Below are positions 30,160-39,539 of a DNA stretch of 64,000 nucleotides, piece after piece. The stretch lies in assembly GCA_963663385.2 (NCBI GenBank), contig CAXXXD010000002.1, positions 288,001 through 352,000 on the forward strand, in the 5' to 3' direction. This stretch comes from Oceanispirochaeta sp. GTDB lineage: Bacteria > Spirochaetota > Spirochaetia > DSM-2461. Every line of letters starts with the position of its first letter. Position 1 is the stretch's first letter. The notes under the pieces are model-generated. The model saw only the letters and a list, made by a program, of their open reading frames with translations. It had not been told where the DNA came from and did not search any database. A program made the translations under genes and the position numbers.

Positions 30160-31623
30160 CTACTGCCGCTGAAACCCTGATAGGTTCCCCAATACAGTTT
30201 CAGTCATCTCGCTGTCCATATGGGGTACTTTCCTAATTTCCTTTTTCTGACCTTTGCCAGTTATGGTATGAAGACGCTTTGCGGCTTTAATCCGGTCAAC
30301 CAGCTCTCTCCAGTTATCACGGGACGGGGATTTTATCAGGTTTACGGTCCGGCAGAGGCGGAAGGCCGTAATCAGCTGGGCTGTTGTCAGATTCCTGTTC
30401 CAGGGATAGACCGAGGAGCCGCAGTAAAGGGCAGGATACCCGGGCAGGCCGTTCTGTCCCGGGTGTTGAAAGCCGGGAAGGCCCGGGACGGCATAGAAAG
30501 GGGATATCCCGATTTCGGCGGGCTGTTCCGCCAGAAAAAGGATATTCCCGCAGACCGATTCCACCGTATCCCCGGGCAGGCCGCAGATAAAATAGCAGAT
30601 GGCCGGAATTTCACGGCTTTGAAAATAAGCCAGCAGTTCGGTCAGATGGTCCAGGCGGCTGCTCCTCTGCTGCCGGGCCAGGATCCTGCTGTCTGCGGAA
30701 GCCATGGACAGGTTGAATTTGACAAATCCCCGGTCAATCAGTTTTTCAGCCAGGGGGATTGTGAGTCTCTGGTAGTCCAGTCCGTTTTCGGCTGACAGGG
30801 TGGCCCGGGGATAACGTCTGTGGAACTGTTCCAGAAAGTCTGTAAAATAATCCGCATCCACCAGAAGGTTGTCATCCTCCAGGTTAAGGTGGAACTCTTC
30901 TATCCCGTACGTCTTCAGAATATTCAGGATGGTATCGGAGGAAGTCTTGCGGAACTCCCGTCCCAGTGCCAGGTAGTTGGCGCAGAAGGAACAGCGGCAG
31001 GGGCACCCCCTGGTTAAAAGGGTTGTAAACTGAGGCTTGCCGTGAAAGTCTTCTCCGACCCTGCTGACCACAGGCGTTACAGAAGGGAGATTATCCGGTA
31101 CGCCGGGAAATCCCTTCAGGTTTTCTTCAGCCGGACCGGTTCTTATCTGATCAAACAGACCTGATTTAACAAACCAGCCGGGATTAACCGAAACACCGGC
31201 CCCTCCTATTTCCAGGGGGATCCCGGGCGCCAGCCGGCGGACAGCTTCTGCGGTGGCGCGGGCTTCTCCGGCATAGCACCAGGCAAAACAGCTGATCATA
31301 ATTCTGTCCGGAATGCCTTCCAGGGTAAGACGGGCGCACTCTTTATAATCCGGGCCGTAGTGCTTCCTCTGGCGGAACCAGCTGACCGGGCCGTTCTCTC
31401 CGGGAATAAGGAAATCCTTGAGATAGTTCAGCTCCGTCGGCAGGGGAGGGGTGGATACCTTTTTCTGCCAGACCGGGAAGTTGTAGAGTCTAACCTGATG
31501 ACCGGCGTTTTCCAGTATCTGTTTTACAGAGAGGCAGCCCAGGGCGGCGTGGCGGTGGGGGGTATTATAAAAGTCCCGCACCGGCGGCTGAATAAGGGCG
31601 ATCTTCATCTTTTGCTCCTGCAC
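30160..31623 (-). CDS. B12-binding-domain radical SAM protein
   Basis: N-terminal cobalamin-binding-like segment (IALIQPP, ISCF, IGGA); TRGCPCRCSFC CxxxCxxC; EDDNL; GLPG. Confidence 0.88.
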   Translation of the reverse strand: MQEQKMKIALIQPPVRDFYNTPHRHAALGCLSVKQILENAGHQVRLYNFPVWQKKVSTPPLPTELNYLKDFLIPGENGPVSWFRQRKHYGPDYKECARLTLEGIPDRIMISCFAWCYAGEARATAEAVRRLAPGIPLEIGGAGVSVNPGWFVKSGLFDQIRTGPAEENLKGFPGVPDNLPSVTPVVSRVGEDFHGKPQFTTLLTRGCPCRCSFCANYLALGREFRKTSSDTILNILKTYGIEEFHLNLEDDNLLVDADYFTDFLEQFHRRYPRATLSAENGLDYQRLTIPLAEKLIDRGFVKFNLSMASADSRILARQQRSSRLDHLTELLAYFQSREIPAICYFICGLPGDTVESVCGNILFLAEQPAEIGISPFYAVPGLPGFQHPGQNGLPGYPALYCGSSVYPWNRNLTTAQLITAFRLCRTVNLIKSPSRDNWRELVDRIKAAKRLHTITGKGQKKEIRKVPHMDSEMTETVLGNLSGFQRQ

Positions 31624-31914
31624 GGCTTTGGAGTTTTCGAATGTGGGATCATAAATATACCGGATACCATTTTACTAAATGGTAACCGGAAAATCTGAAT
31701 TCTGCCATGCATCTATGAATTTTAAATTTCTAATTTCGATCAACCCGGGGGGCTGCGATGATTCTTTCCGTATCATCGGAATTGCTAGGTGTAACAGGCT
31801 GTTGCTACCCGGAATGCTGATCAGCGGCTGGACTGGAATTACCCCAACTTTATCTGGTCCTGTATACACAATCACGGGCTCAGGATACAACGGATTCGAT
31901 TCCCGGTTTTCGTA

Positions 31915-33132
31915 TTAAACAGAGACTCTTATGCTGGTTTTCTTTTGTTGCGCCAGCATTATCAGCTGTACTGCTGTCGTTAGAAAACAGGCCAGACAGA
32001 AGATTCTGAATGTATAGGGCGTTCCGTACCTGTCACTCAGGAAACCGCCGGAATAAACACCGAGAATAACTCCGATATTACAGGCTGCTTCATGAAATGC
32101 CATACTGCGTTCCCGGTTTGTGCTGCCGGTTGTCATATAGTATTGCCCGAGAATATAGGTAAAACTGTAGTTCATACCGTACAGAGACAGAATAACAATC
32201 AGCTGCCATGGGCTCTCTGCTGTTGTCAGGAAAATCAGCAGGATAAGTGTTGCAAACTGATTCAGGGGGATTAAAAAACCTTTAAAATGCCAACCCTTCC
32301 AACGGCCCCATAATGAGAATCCCACAGCTGCAAACAGCTGTCGGAAAACCAGTATGACTCCCACAAGCCCTTCGCGGAATCCCAGCGTTTCTTTCATAAA
32401 CGCCGGAAAAATATAGATGATGAAACCGGTGGCAATGTAGGATGAGATAACACCAAACCATGCCGGATAGCGTAAAGGGGTCATCTCCGTTATACCGCTC
32501 TCTATCTCAGAGGGGTTTTCTCCTTGGGCTTCTGCCAGTAACCGAGCTTTTTTTATCTCCTCATGCCCCTTTTTCATTTCCGGAAAAAGGTGGGAAAAAA
32601 CAGGGAGGAGAATACTGATGAAGGTATAGATAACAACTGCCATAATAAGAGGGAGCGCCACGTGGACCTCTGCCAGGGCTCCTCCGATTGCAGGAGCCAG
32701 AATCCCTCCGGAAGACCATGAGAAGTTATACTGCGACATGGTTCGACTTAATGATACACCTTCGAGACCCCATGAAATCCATCCCGATATACGGGGCCAG
32801 AACAGGGCTGTTCCGAAACCGTATAAACAGTTGAAAACCAGTGTAATTCCCCAGACGGGAAAGAGAAGGTAGGTCGCAACGGAAGCAGCCATAATTGTTG
32901 TAGAAAAACCGATAAAGTACCGTGGATGGGTATTCCTGCTCAAAGAAAAACCGATAATCCCGAGCAGATAGGACAAGGTTTGTCCGAGAGTGATAAAACC
33001 GATCATGCTGTGATCGGCATTAAAGATCCTGGTAAGGTAAAAAACCAGACCAAGACCAATCATACCGGTAGCGAGACTGAAAAAAAAAGTTGTGATCATC
33101 AGAATTTTCAAATAACTTGAGTTCCTGGTCAT
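31915..33132 (-). CDS. MFS transporter
   Basis: About 12 hydrophobic segments; G.G.ALFWP, WS.GGILAP.IGG. Confidence 0.85.
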   Translation of the reverse strand: MTRNSSYLKILMITTFFFSLATGMIGLGLVFYLTRIFNADHSMIGFITLGQTLSYLLGIIGFSLSRNTHPRYFIGFSTTIMAASVATYLLFPVWGITLVFNCLYGFGTALFWPRISGWISWGLEGVSLSRTMSQYNFSWSSGGILAPAIGGALAEVHVALPLIMAVVIYTFISILLPVFSHLFPEMKKGHEEIKKARLLAEAQGENPSEIESGITEMTPLRYPAWFGVISSYIATGFIIYIFPAFMKETLGFREGLVGVILVFRQLFAAVGFSLWGRWKGWHFKGFLIPLNQFATLILLIFLTTAESPWQLIVILSLYGMNYSFTYILGQYYMTTGSTNRERSMAFHEAACNIGVILGVYSGGFLSDRYGTPYTFRIFCLACFLTTAVQLIMLAQQKKTSIRVSV

Positions 33133-33149
33133 ATAATCTGAAATCTCTC

Positions 33150-33382
33150 TCCTTAAATCAATTTAAACAGGGGGATACTGGATTTAAGATGCTGAATCCT
33201 GTAAAAGGTGCAGGGAATGGGGCCGTAGCGGGTATAATCACTCACCTTTCCATCAGTAAGGGCAGGCAGAAAGTGCTAACCTCTGTCGGTGCCTTTTCTG
33301 GGGGTTCTTCCACCAGCTTCAGGGTATCCAGATCAACCGGTCCTGCATCCGGACCGGATGTATTAAAACGAGTCTGATTCAT
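33150..33382 (-). pseudogene. Relic fusing the start of a probable second ATP-grasp gene to a GNAT acetyltransferase fragment
   Basis: ATG overlapping the ATP-grasp stop gives MN..GPDAGPVDLDTLKLVEE; the shifted frame reads KGTDRG*HFLPALTDGKVSDYTRYGPIPCT. Confidence 0.5.
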
Positions 33383-34386
33383 CTGCTGCCTGCTGGTACG
33401 ATCCCCAGTCCGTTCCGTTCCAAAGCGGAATTTATAATCTGCCTGATCAAATCCTGATAGGATATTCCCGATAAACAGCACAGTATGGGCAGGTCGGAAT
33501 CAACAGGGTGAAGTCCTGCAAGAGGGTTTACTTCGATGAAATTCGGTACCCCATCGGCATCCAGGCGGAGATCTATTCTTCCTCCGTCCCTGCATCCCAG
33601 TCCTTTCCAGGCAGCCAGGGCCACATTTTCGCAGGCCTGTCCCAGATCTCCGGATATCAGCCTGTATTCCACATGGTCAAGGTAGTTTTTCTTGGTTTCA
33701 TAGGAATAGGCGGCGCCAGAGAGTTCTTTATGGAAAACCACTTCCATGGGCTGCAGAGCCCTGGCATCCTTTCCTGTTCCCAGAATCCCTACTGTGAATT
33801 CCCTTCCCGGAAGGAAGGTTTCCACCAGCACCGGTTGGCGGTAGGTCTCCAGAAGTTCCACACAGAGCGCTTCCAGATCAGAGCGTGTTTGAACCAGCGA
33901 ACGGTCGCTTATTCCCTTGCCTGTTCCTTCCGCAGCCGGTTTGACAAACAGGGGGAACGGAAGAGTCAGAATTTTCAGATCCTCCAGCGTATCTACAACC
34001 AGAAAATCCGCCGTGGGAACTTTCAGATTCTTCAGTACATGCTTGGTCATCCCTTTATGCAGAGTCAGTCCAAGGATCATGGGATCCGAGAAGGTATAGG
34101 GAATCTGGTAGGCATCCAGCAGGGCGGGGATCTGGGCTTCGCGGCTCAGGCCGAACATTCCTTCTGCAATATTAAAAACCAAATCCCAACGTTCTCCTGC
34201 TGCTATTTTTTCCACCAGAGACTCAATTCCCCCGATACGGCAGGGTTCATGGCCCAGCTCCTTTATGGCATTTTCCAGAGCTTCTATGGTTTCAGGGGCA
34301 TCCAGTTCCGCCGTCTGTTCAGGAGAGAAATTCCTGGCCAGGTATTCATCTCTCAGATTGTATGTCATGCCGATCTGTAATTTCAT
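33379..34386 (-). CDS. ATP-grasp ligase of the D-Ala-D-Ala ligase superfamily (non-canonical)
   Basis: FNIAEG, IPYTFSD, FVKP..EGTGKGI, GREFTVG, RIDLR, IEVNPLAG; lacks the Ddl GGxSxE and LHG motifs. Confidence 0.88.
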   Translation of the reverse strand: MKLQIGMTYNLRDEYLARNFSPEQTAELDAPETIEALENAIKELGHEPCRIGGIESLVEKIAAGERWDLVFNIAEGMFGLSREAQIPALLDAYQIPYTFSDPMILGLTLHKGMTKHVLKNLKVPTADFLVVDTLEDLKILTLPFPLFVKPAAEGTGKGISDRSLVQTRSDLEALCVELLETYRQPVLVETFLPGREFTVGILGTGKDARALQPMEVVFHKELSGAAYSYETKKNYLDHVEYRLISGDLGQACENVALAAWKGLGCRDGGRIDLRLDADGVPNFIEVNPLAGLHPVDSDLPILCCLSGISYQDLIRQIINSALERNGLGIVPAGSR

Positions 34387-35756
34387 CAGTAAGAACCTCC
34401 GTCCAGGCTGTCATCGGGATAGGCATAAAGCTTTCCCTCATAATTCTTCAACACAAGAGAACCGTCGGAGGTTCCCTGTATGTAGTTGGGGCTGATCGGG
34501 ATTTTACCACCTCCGCCGGGGGCATCAATGACGTAATGGGGTACCGCATAACCCGATGTGAATCCTCTTATACCGCGGATAAGCTCAACACCTTCCTGTA
34601 CGGTAGTCCGGAAGTGGTCCGATCCGGCAATGGGGTCGCATTGGTAGAGATAATAGGGTTTTACCCTGATTTTCATGAGATTCTGAAAGAGCGACGTCAG
34701 GGTTTTTACCTGATTATTCACACCCTTCAGCAGTACGGTCTGACTTCCCAGGGGGATCCCGGCATCAGCCAGACGCCGGCAGGCTTCGGATGACTCAGGG
34801 GTAATCTCGTCGGAGTGGGTGCAGTGAATACTTATCCAGAGGGGGTGATACTTTTTCAGCACCTTAATCAAGCTGGTAGTGATTCTCTGAGGCAGTACCA
34901 TGGGGACCTTGGTTCCAATCCGGATAATCTCCACATGGGGGATTGTCCGGAGACGGCTGAGAAGATACTCCAGGCTGCTTTCGGGAAGGGTCAGGGGATC
35001 TCCTCCGGAGATAAGAACATCTCTGACCTCCGGATGGGCACTGATATAGGTCAGAGCCTTGTCCCAGTCGGATCGGCAGAAGCCGGCTCCACCGTCACCA
35101 ACCACCCTTGAACGGGTACAGTAACGGCAGTTTACGGAACAGATGTTGGTAGCCAGGAATAGAACCCTGTCCGGGTAGCGGTGAAACAGCCCGGGAGCCC
35201 GGCAGCAGCTCTCTTCTCCGAGAGGGTCTTCCGACTCTCCTTCGTTGAGACTGAACTCCTGAGGAATCGGAATAACGGTTCTGCGGAGAGGCTGTTCCGG
35301 ATTTTCCGGATCGATCAGCGAGGCGTAATAGGGGGTGACTGCCAGGGGAAGTTTTCCATCTGACAGGATTAAAGCTTTCTTTTCTTCGTCTGACAGGTTG
35401 AACAGCCGTTCTAACCCTTCCATGGTACGTATCCGGTTACTGAACTGCCAGTACCAGTTGTTCCAGTCCTGGTCGGATATTCCGGGGTAGTACCTGTTTC
35501 TGAAGACCCGGCTACGGATGCTCAGCACGGGGAAGCTGTTTTTGTTTCTGCTGACAGAACCGGATATCTGTACAGACAGGTCAGGTGCTGACTGTAAATG
35601 GGAATTTGGGGGAGGTTCCTCATCTTCAGAGCCGTTTTTTAAAATAGATGTTAAAGATTTAGGGCCAGGGTCCTCTTCAATGGAAGATTTCTCATTAACA
35701 GAAGAGGGGGAGATGCAGGCGCTAGACGCTTGCTGATGAATAATAGAAGTTATCAT
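34386..35756 (-). CDS. kamA: KamA-family radical SAM/PLP aminomutase (lysine 2,3-aminomutase-like)
   Basis: HRYPDR, CSVNCRYCTR, SGGDP, QTVLLKG, YLYQCD, DAPGGGGK (PLP Lys). Confidence 0.9.
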   Translation of the reverse strand: MITSIIHQQASSACISPSSVNEKSSIEEDPGPKSLTSILKNGSEDEEPPPNSHLQSAPDLSVQISGSVSRNKNSFPVLSIRSRVFRNRYYPGISDQDWNNWYWQFSNRIRTMEGLERLFNLSDEEKKALILSDGKLPLAVTPYYASLIDPENPEQPLRRTVIPIPQEFSLNEGESEDPLGEESCCRAPGLFHRYPDRVLFLATNICSVNCRYCTRSRVVGDGGAGFCRSDWDKALTYISAHPEVRDVLISGGDPLTLPESSLEYLLSRLRTIPHVEIIRIGTKVPMVLPQRITTSLIKVLKKYHPLWISIHCTHSDEITPESSEACRRLADAGIPLGSQTVLLKGVNNQVKTLTSLFQNLMKIRVKPYYLYQCDPIAGSDHFRTTVQEGVELIRGIRGFTSGYAVPHYVIDAPGGGGKIPISPNYIQGTSDGSLVLKNYEGKLYAYPDDSLDGGSY

Positions 35757-35763
35757 CGTCTGC

Positions 35764-35869
35764 TGATCCTCATTGTCGGCTCACCTCAATGATTTCCGAC
35801 CTAGATAAGAAAGAATTCCGCAACCAGGTTGCGAAAGGATGCCTATTCGCGGTATAAACCGCAGGATCA
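35764..35869 (-). promoter_or_regulatory. Candidate structured 5' leader of kamA (multi-stem, SD-sequestering)
   Basis: Closing pair TGATCCT/AGGATCA encloses three hairpins; the GAGGA SD lies in the closing strand. Confidence 0.45.
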
Positions 35870-36235
35870 AAAAACATCACTGTGTGAATAAATGAATTTT
35901 TTTTTATTAAAAGTCAATAGGTTCAGGACTCATATTTTTCTGTTTCAGGAAAGCTGTATTCCCAGTCGTAAAGTCTGGACCGGGGGATTCTTTTTTAAAT
36001 GTTTTATGATAAAGAAATAAAAAATATTCATAATGAAAGAAAATTATTTTGAAGATGACTGCGGGATGGTATTTTTACTGTGTAAAAACTAGGGTTTTTT
36101 TGAAAGAACAGCATATTGAAATACAGTAGTGCAGTACCCCTGAAAAGTGTTTACATTCCCTTTGGGAAGAGAACTATTACAGTTGCTTTTAGAAGGTTCT
36201 GTGCTGGACTTTACCCCCAAACCAATCCCCCCATT

Positions 36236-36259
36236 AAAAACCCGCCTGAAACAGGCGGG
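36236..36259 (-). terminator. Intrinsic terminator of the LysM lipoprotein gene
   Basis: CCCGCCTG-AAA-CAGGCGGG perfect stem followed by T5 on the minus strand. Confidence 0.85.
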
Positions 36260-36282
36260 CCTTGAATATCCGGTTAGGGTAA

Positions 36283-37752
36283 TCAGTTTTCAACAGGCGG
36301 TATTACCAGCACCTGTCCGGGGTAGATCAGATCCGGATTGGGGATTTTTTTCTGGTTCCGCTTCCAGATTTTGGGCCACAGGAAGGGATCGCCGTAGATA
36401 TCGCCGAATCCAGCGATTTTCCACAGACAGTCCCGGTCTTCCGGTTTGTACTGAACCGTATAGGTCTGGCCCACCGCATTGGTCCTGTAGGCTTTTATAT
36501 AGGCTTCGGCCTGAACAAAGAGCTCCTTCGACCGGGCGTAATCCCCTTCGTTTCTGGCTTTAACGCCTTCCTGCCAGAGCTCTTTCGCCTTTTCCAGGAG
36601 CCCTTTAACACTGTTGCTGCTCTGAACCAGCTCTTCTTCCTCTTCTTCGATAATCTCAACCTCTTCCGAGAGGTCTTTGGTCAGATCGTAATTCAGAAGA
36701 TCCGATCCCTCTCCCTCGTAGCTGTCCGCTTCCACTTTAATCAGCGGGTTGCTGTTGAGGAAGTCATTCCCCGACCAGGGATCCGCTTCCAGGATATCCC
36801 CTTCTTCGGACTGTATCATCAGGGTGGAGGCATCTTCCAGTTCGCTCTGAATCTGCATCAGGAGCTGATCGGTTTCACTCTGTTTCTTTCTGGTCTGTGA
36901 CAGGTAGATAACATTCCTGGCTTTGAACTTAGCCTCTTTCAGCTGGGCCTCGCTGGCGGCCAGGTCGTACTGACGGAAACTGGTCATTCCCAGGGAGAGC
37001 ATATCGCTGGCTTCCACAAACTCCTCGCTTGCCCAGATATAAGCCTCTTCCGCCTCTGCATCGGCCAGGTATGCATTGGTGTCCCGTTCCAGGATTCCAA
37101 CCCACCGGATATTTTCAGAGAGCTGACGGTGCAGGTTTCTGGCTTTAAGAGAGGACAGGAAGTAGGCCTCTTTTGCCTCAACCAGTTTTTCCTCTTTGAT
37201 CATCTGCCTGGTGGCTTCAAACTGATCACTTACCTCCCTGTAAGCTTCGGGACTGAACTTATCGGCCTCGATCTCCTTCAGGGCGGCATCCAGCTTGGCC
37301 ATATTGGCAAGACCTTCTGCAATCAGACCCTGCTTTCCAAGTTCAAAGGCTTTATCGGCTTTTTCTATAACACCGGCCAGCAGGGCGCGGGCGCTGTCAG
37401 GATCATTTTCCGCCAGATCGGCGGCTTTATTCAAATCATTATAAGCCTGCTGCATCAGGTCCGGAGCAAAGCGGGATCCTTCTGCTTCTTCCGCTCTCTG
37501 CAGAGCCTGCCGGGCCAGGATCCATTCTTCCCTCGAAACAGGTTCCGGAGCCGGTTCTGGCTCCGGTTCCACTTCGGGCTCCGGGGCAACTTCTACCACC
37601 GTTTTCCCCTGTTCTACTTCGGGTTCAACCACCTCTTCGGGTGCGGTTTCTACCACCTGTTCCTCTTCAACGGGTTCTTCCGGTGTGGATTTACAGGACG
37701 CTGCAATAAATGCGGAAAGGATTAATAATATAAATAGTATTCTTTTGTTCAC
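36283..37752 (-). CDS. Lipoprotein with helical repeats and C-terminal LysM peptidoglycan-binding domain
   Basis: GTG start with GGAGGA RBS; lipobox AASC; E/P-rich linker; YTV..DCLWKIA..IYGDPFLWPKIW..N..IPNPDLIYPGQVLVIP. Confidence 0.9.
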   Translation of the reverse strand: MNKRILFILLILSAFIAASCKSTPEEPVEEEQVVETAPEEVVEPEVEQGKTVVEVAPEPEVEPEPEPAPEPVSREEWILARQALQRAEEAEGSRFAPDLMQQAYNDLNKAADLAENDPDSARALLAGVIEKADKAFELGKQGLIAEGLANMAKLDAALKEIEADKFSPEAYREVSDQFEATRQMIKEEKLVEAKEAYFLSSLKARNLHRQLSENIRWVGILERDTNAYLADAEAEEAYIWASEEFVEASDMLSLGMTSFRQYDLAASEAQLKEAKFKARNVIYLSQTRKKQSETDQLLMQIQSELEDASTLMIQSEEGDILEADPWSGNDFLNSNPLIKVEADSYEGEGSDLLNYDLTKDLSEEVEIIEEEEEELVQSSNSVKGLLEKAKELWQEGVKARNEGDYARSKELFVQAEAYIKAYRTNAVGQTYTVQYKPEDRDCLWKIAGFGDIYGDPFLWPKIWKRNQKKIPNPDLIYPGQVLVIPPVEN

Positions 37753-37974
37753 GAAGGCATTCCTCCCTGGCTCCAGTGTATCACAGGCCGCCCATCCTGA
37801 AAAGGACAGCTGATCACGGTTTAATAGTGAGACCCAACCGGATCTACCCCGTATAGTATACAACTATCAGACGGAAATTTCTTTATTTTTACAACTGCAT
37901 CCATTATAATCGTGAACTGTAGAAGACAGGTTCCGACAGTCTTTGATTAACTCTGAACAGAAGGCGGATTTTCC

Positions 37975-39321
37975 ATGACATTTGATACGGTAATAAAAAA
38001 CGGCAGGATTGTGACAGCTTCCGAATCCTATCATGCGGATATCGGAATTTCAGGAGAGACTATCGCTGCTATCGGCCTTGATCTGAAAGGGGACCGTACT
38101 ATTAATGCTGCGGGAAAACTGGTAACCCCCGGGGCTGTGGATACCCATGTTCACCTGGAGATGCCTATCGGGAAATACACTTCCACCGATGATTTTTTTA
38201 CAGGAACACGGGCCGCCGCCTACGGCGGAACAACAACATTTATCGATTTTGTTGAATCCCGCAAGGATCAGAGTTTTACTGACGCCCTGAAGGAACGGAA
38301 ACGAAAAGCTGAGGCCCGTTCTGTAATCGACTATGCCTTTCATATGACAATAGGTCCCGATGATATGGGTAAACTGGATCAGGTCCCGGCTGCTGTAAAG
38401 GCCGGCTGCCGCAGTTTCAAACTCTATATGGCCTACGGGCTGAAACTGGACGACGGGCAGATGCTGAAAGCCCTTGATGCGGTCAATCAGGCCGGGGCTC
38501 TCTCTGTGGTTCATGCGGAAAACTGGGATATTATCTGTACATTAATCGAGAAGAATATTGCCATGGGTCATGTCGAACCGCGGTGGCATCCCCGCAGCCG
38601 GCCGGCTCTGCTGGAGGGCGAAGCTGTCGGCAGGGTAATCTCCATCGCTTCCTTTCTGGATGCACCGGTTCATATCTTTCATATATCCTGTCCGGAAGCT
38701 ATCCGGAAAGTGGAAGAGGCAAAAGAGCTGGGATTCCCTGTAACGGCGGAAACCTGTCCGCAATATCTCTTTCTGACCTGGGATGTATTTGAAAAACCCG
38801 GAGCGGAGGGGGCTCTGCCGGTCTGTTCTCCCCCTATCCGGAGTCAGGATGATCAGGACGGCCTGTGGTCCTACCTGAGCGGGGGAGCCTTCGATACGGT
38901 CTCCACAGATCACTGCCCCTTCTGCCGCAGTGAGAAAGAAGCCGGGATGGGCGCTTTCAATACCATACCGGGAGGCGTTCCCTCCATAGAAATGCGTTTC
39001 CCCGCCCTTTATTCGAAGGGTGTCAGGGAGGGAATCCTGAGCGAAAATCAGTGGGTGGACCTCTGCTGCTCCACACCGGCCCGTCTGTTCGGTCTGGAAC
39101 GGAAAGGGGATATAACCGTGGGAAAGGATGCGGATCTGGTTGTTTTTGATCCGGAAAAAAAGAAGATTCTCAGTGCTGATACGCTCCATGAAAAAGCGGA
39201 CTGGACTCCATATAACGGACTTGAAGTTACAGGATGGCCGGAAGTTACCATAAGCCGGGGAGATATTCTGGTAGAAAATGACAAGTTCCTGGCAAAGCAG
39301 GGGAGAGGCTCCTATATTTAA
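37975..39321 (+). CDS. hydA: Dihydropyrimidinase / D-hydantoinase
   Basis: DTHVH, GGTTT, SFKLYMAY, VHAEN, HIS, ETCPQYL, STDHCPF. Confidence 0.92.
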   Translation: MTFDTVIKNGRIVTASESYHADIGISGETIAAIGLDLKGDRTINAAGKLVTPGAVDTHVHLEMPIGKYTSTDDFFTGTRAAAYGGTTTFIDFVESRKDQSFTDALKERKRKAEARSVIDYAFHMTIGPDDMGKLDQVPAAVKAGCRSFKLYMAYGLKLDDGQMLKALDAVNQAGALSVVHAENWDIICTLIEKNIAMGHVEPRWHPRSRPALLEGEAVGRVISIASFLDAPVHIFHISCPEAIRKVEEAKELGFPVTAETCPQYLFLTWDVFEKPGAEGALPVCSPPIRSQDDQDGLWSYLSGGAFDTVSTDHCPFCRSEKEAGMGAFNTIPGGVPSIEMRFPALYSKGVREGILSENQWVDLCCSTPARLFGLERKGDITVGKDADLVVFDPEKKKILSADTLHEKADWTPYNGLEVTGWPEVTISRGDILVENDKFLAKQGRGSYI

Positions 39322-39539
39322 GGGGTGGACATTATTTTTAAGTATCTGTTAATTAGTTACCTGTCAGGAATGTGACATAAATGTAATAAACGGCAGGCCT
39401 TATGTAGAGATTCTGCCCTTTTTTGCGGCTTTTCCCGCTTACAGCCAAGGATAAGGTCTGACCGGATTGTTTTCCTCATCATCTCCAATATACCCTTATA
39501 CCAATAGAAAATACTGATTAGATAAGGGGATAGATTATT

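Noticed and set aside
31675..31918. Overlapping 71-aa and 79-aa ORFs between the radical SAM and MFS genes
   Set aside because: No clear RBS or motif; may be eroded coding DNA, but I cannot assign it.
33379..34386. Calling the ATP-grasp protein ddl or a vancomycin-resistance ligase
   Set aside because: It lacks the GGxSxE and LHG motifs and has no mur or van neighbours.
35900..36235. AT-rich 330-bp intergenic stretch as a possible small RNA or ORF (36147-36563)
   Set aside because: No convincing structure or RBS; the ORF runs antisense through a terminator and the LysM gene.
37540..37690. Short tandem-like repeats (ggttcc/ggctcc, ttctaccacc)
   Set aside because: They encode the Glu/Pro/Val-rich linker of the LysM lipoprotein; not a CRISPR array or non-coding repeat.
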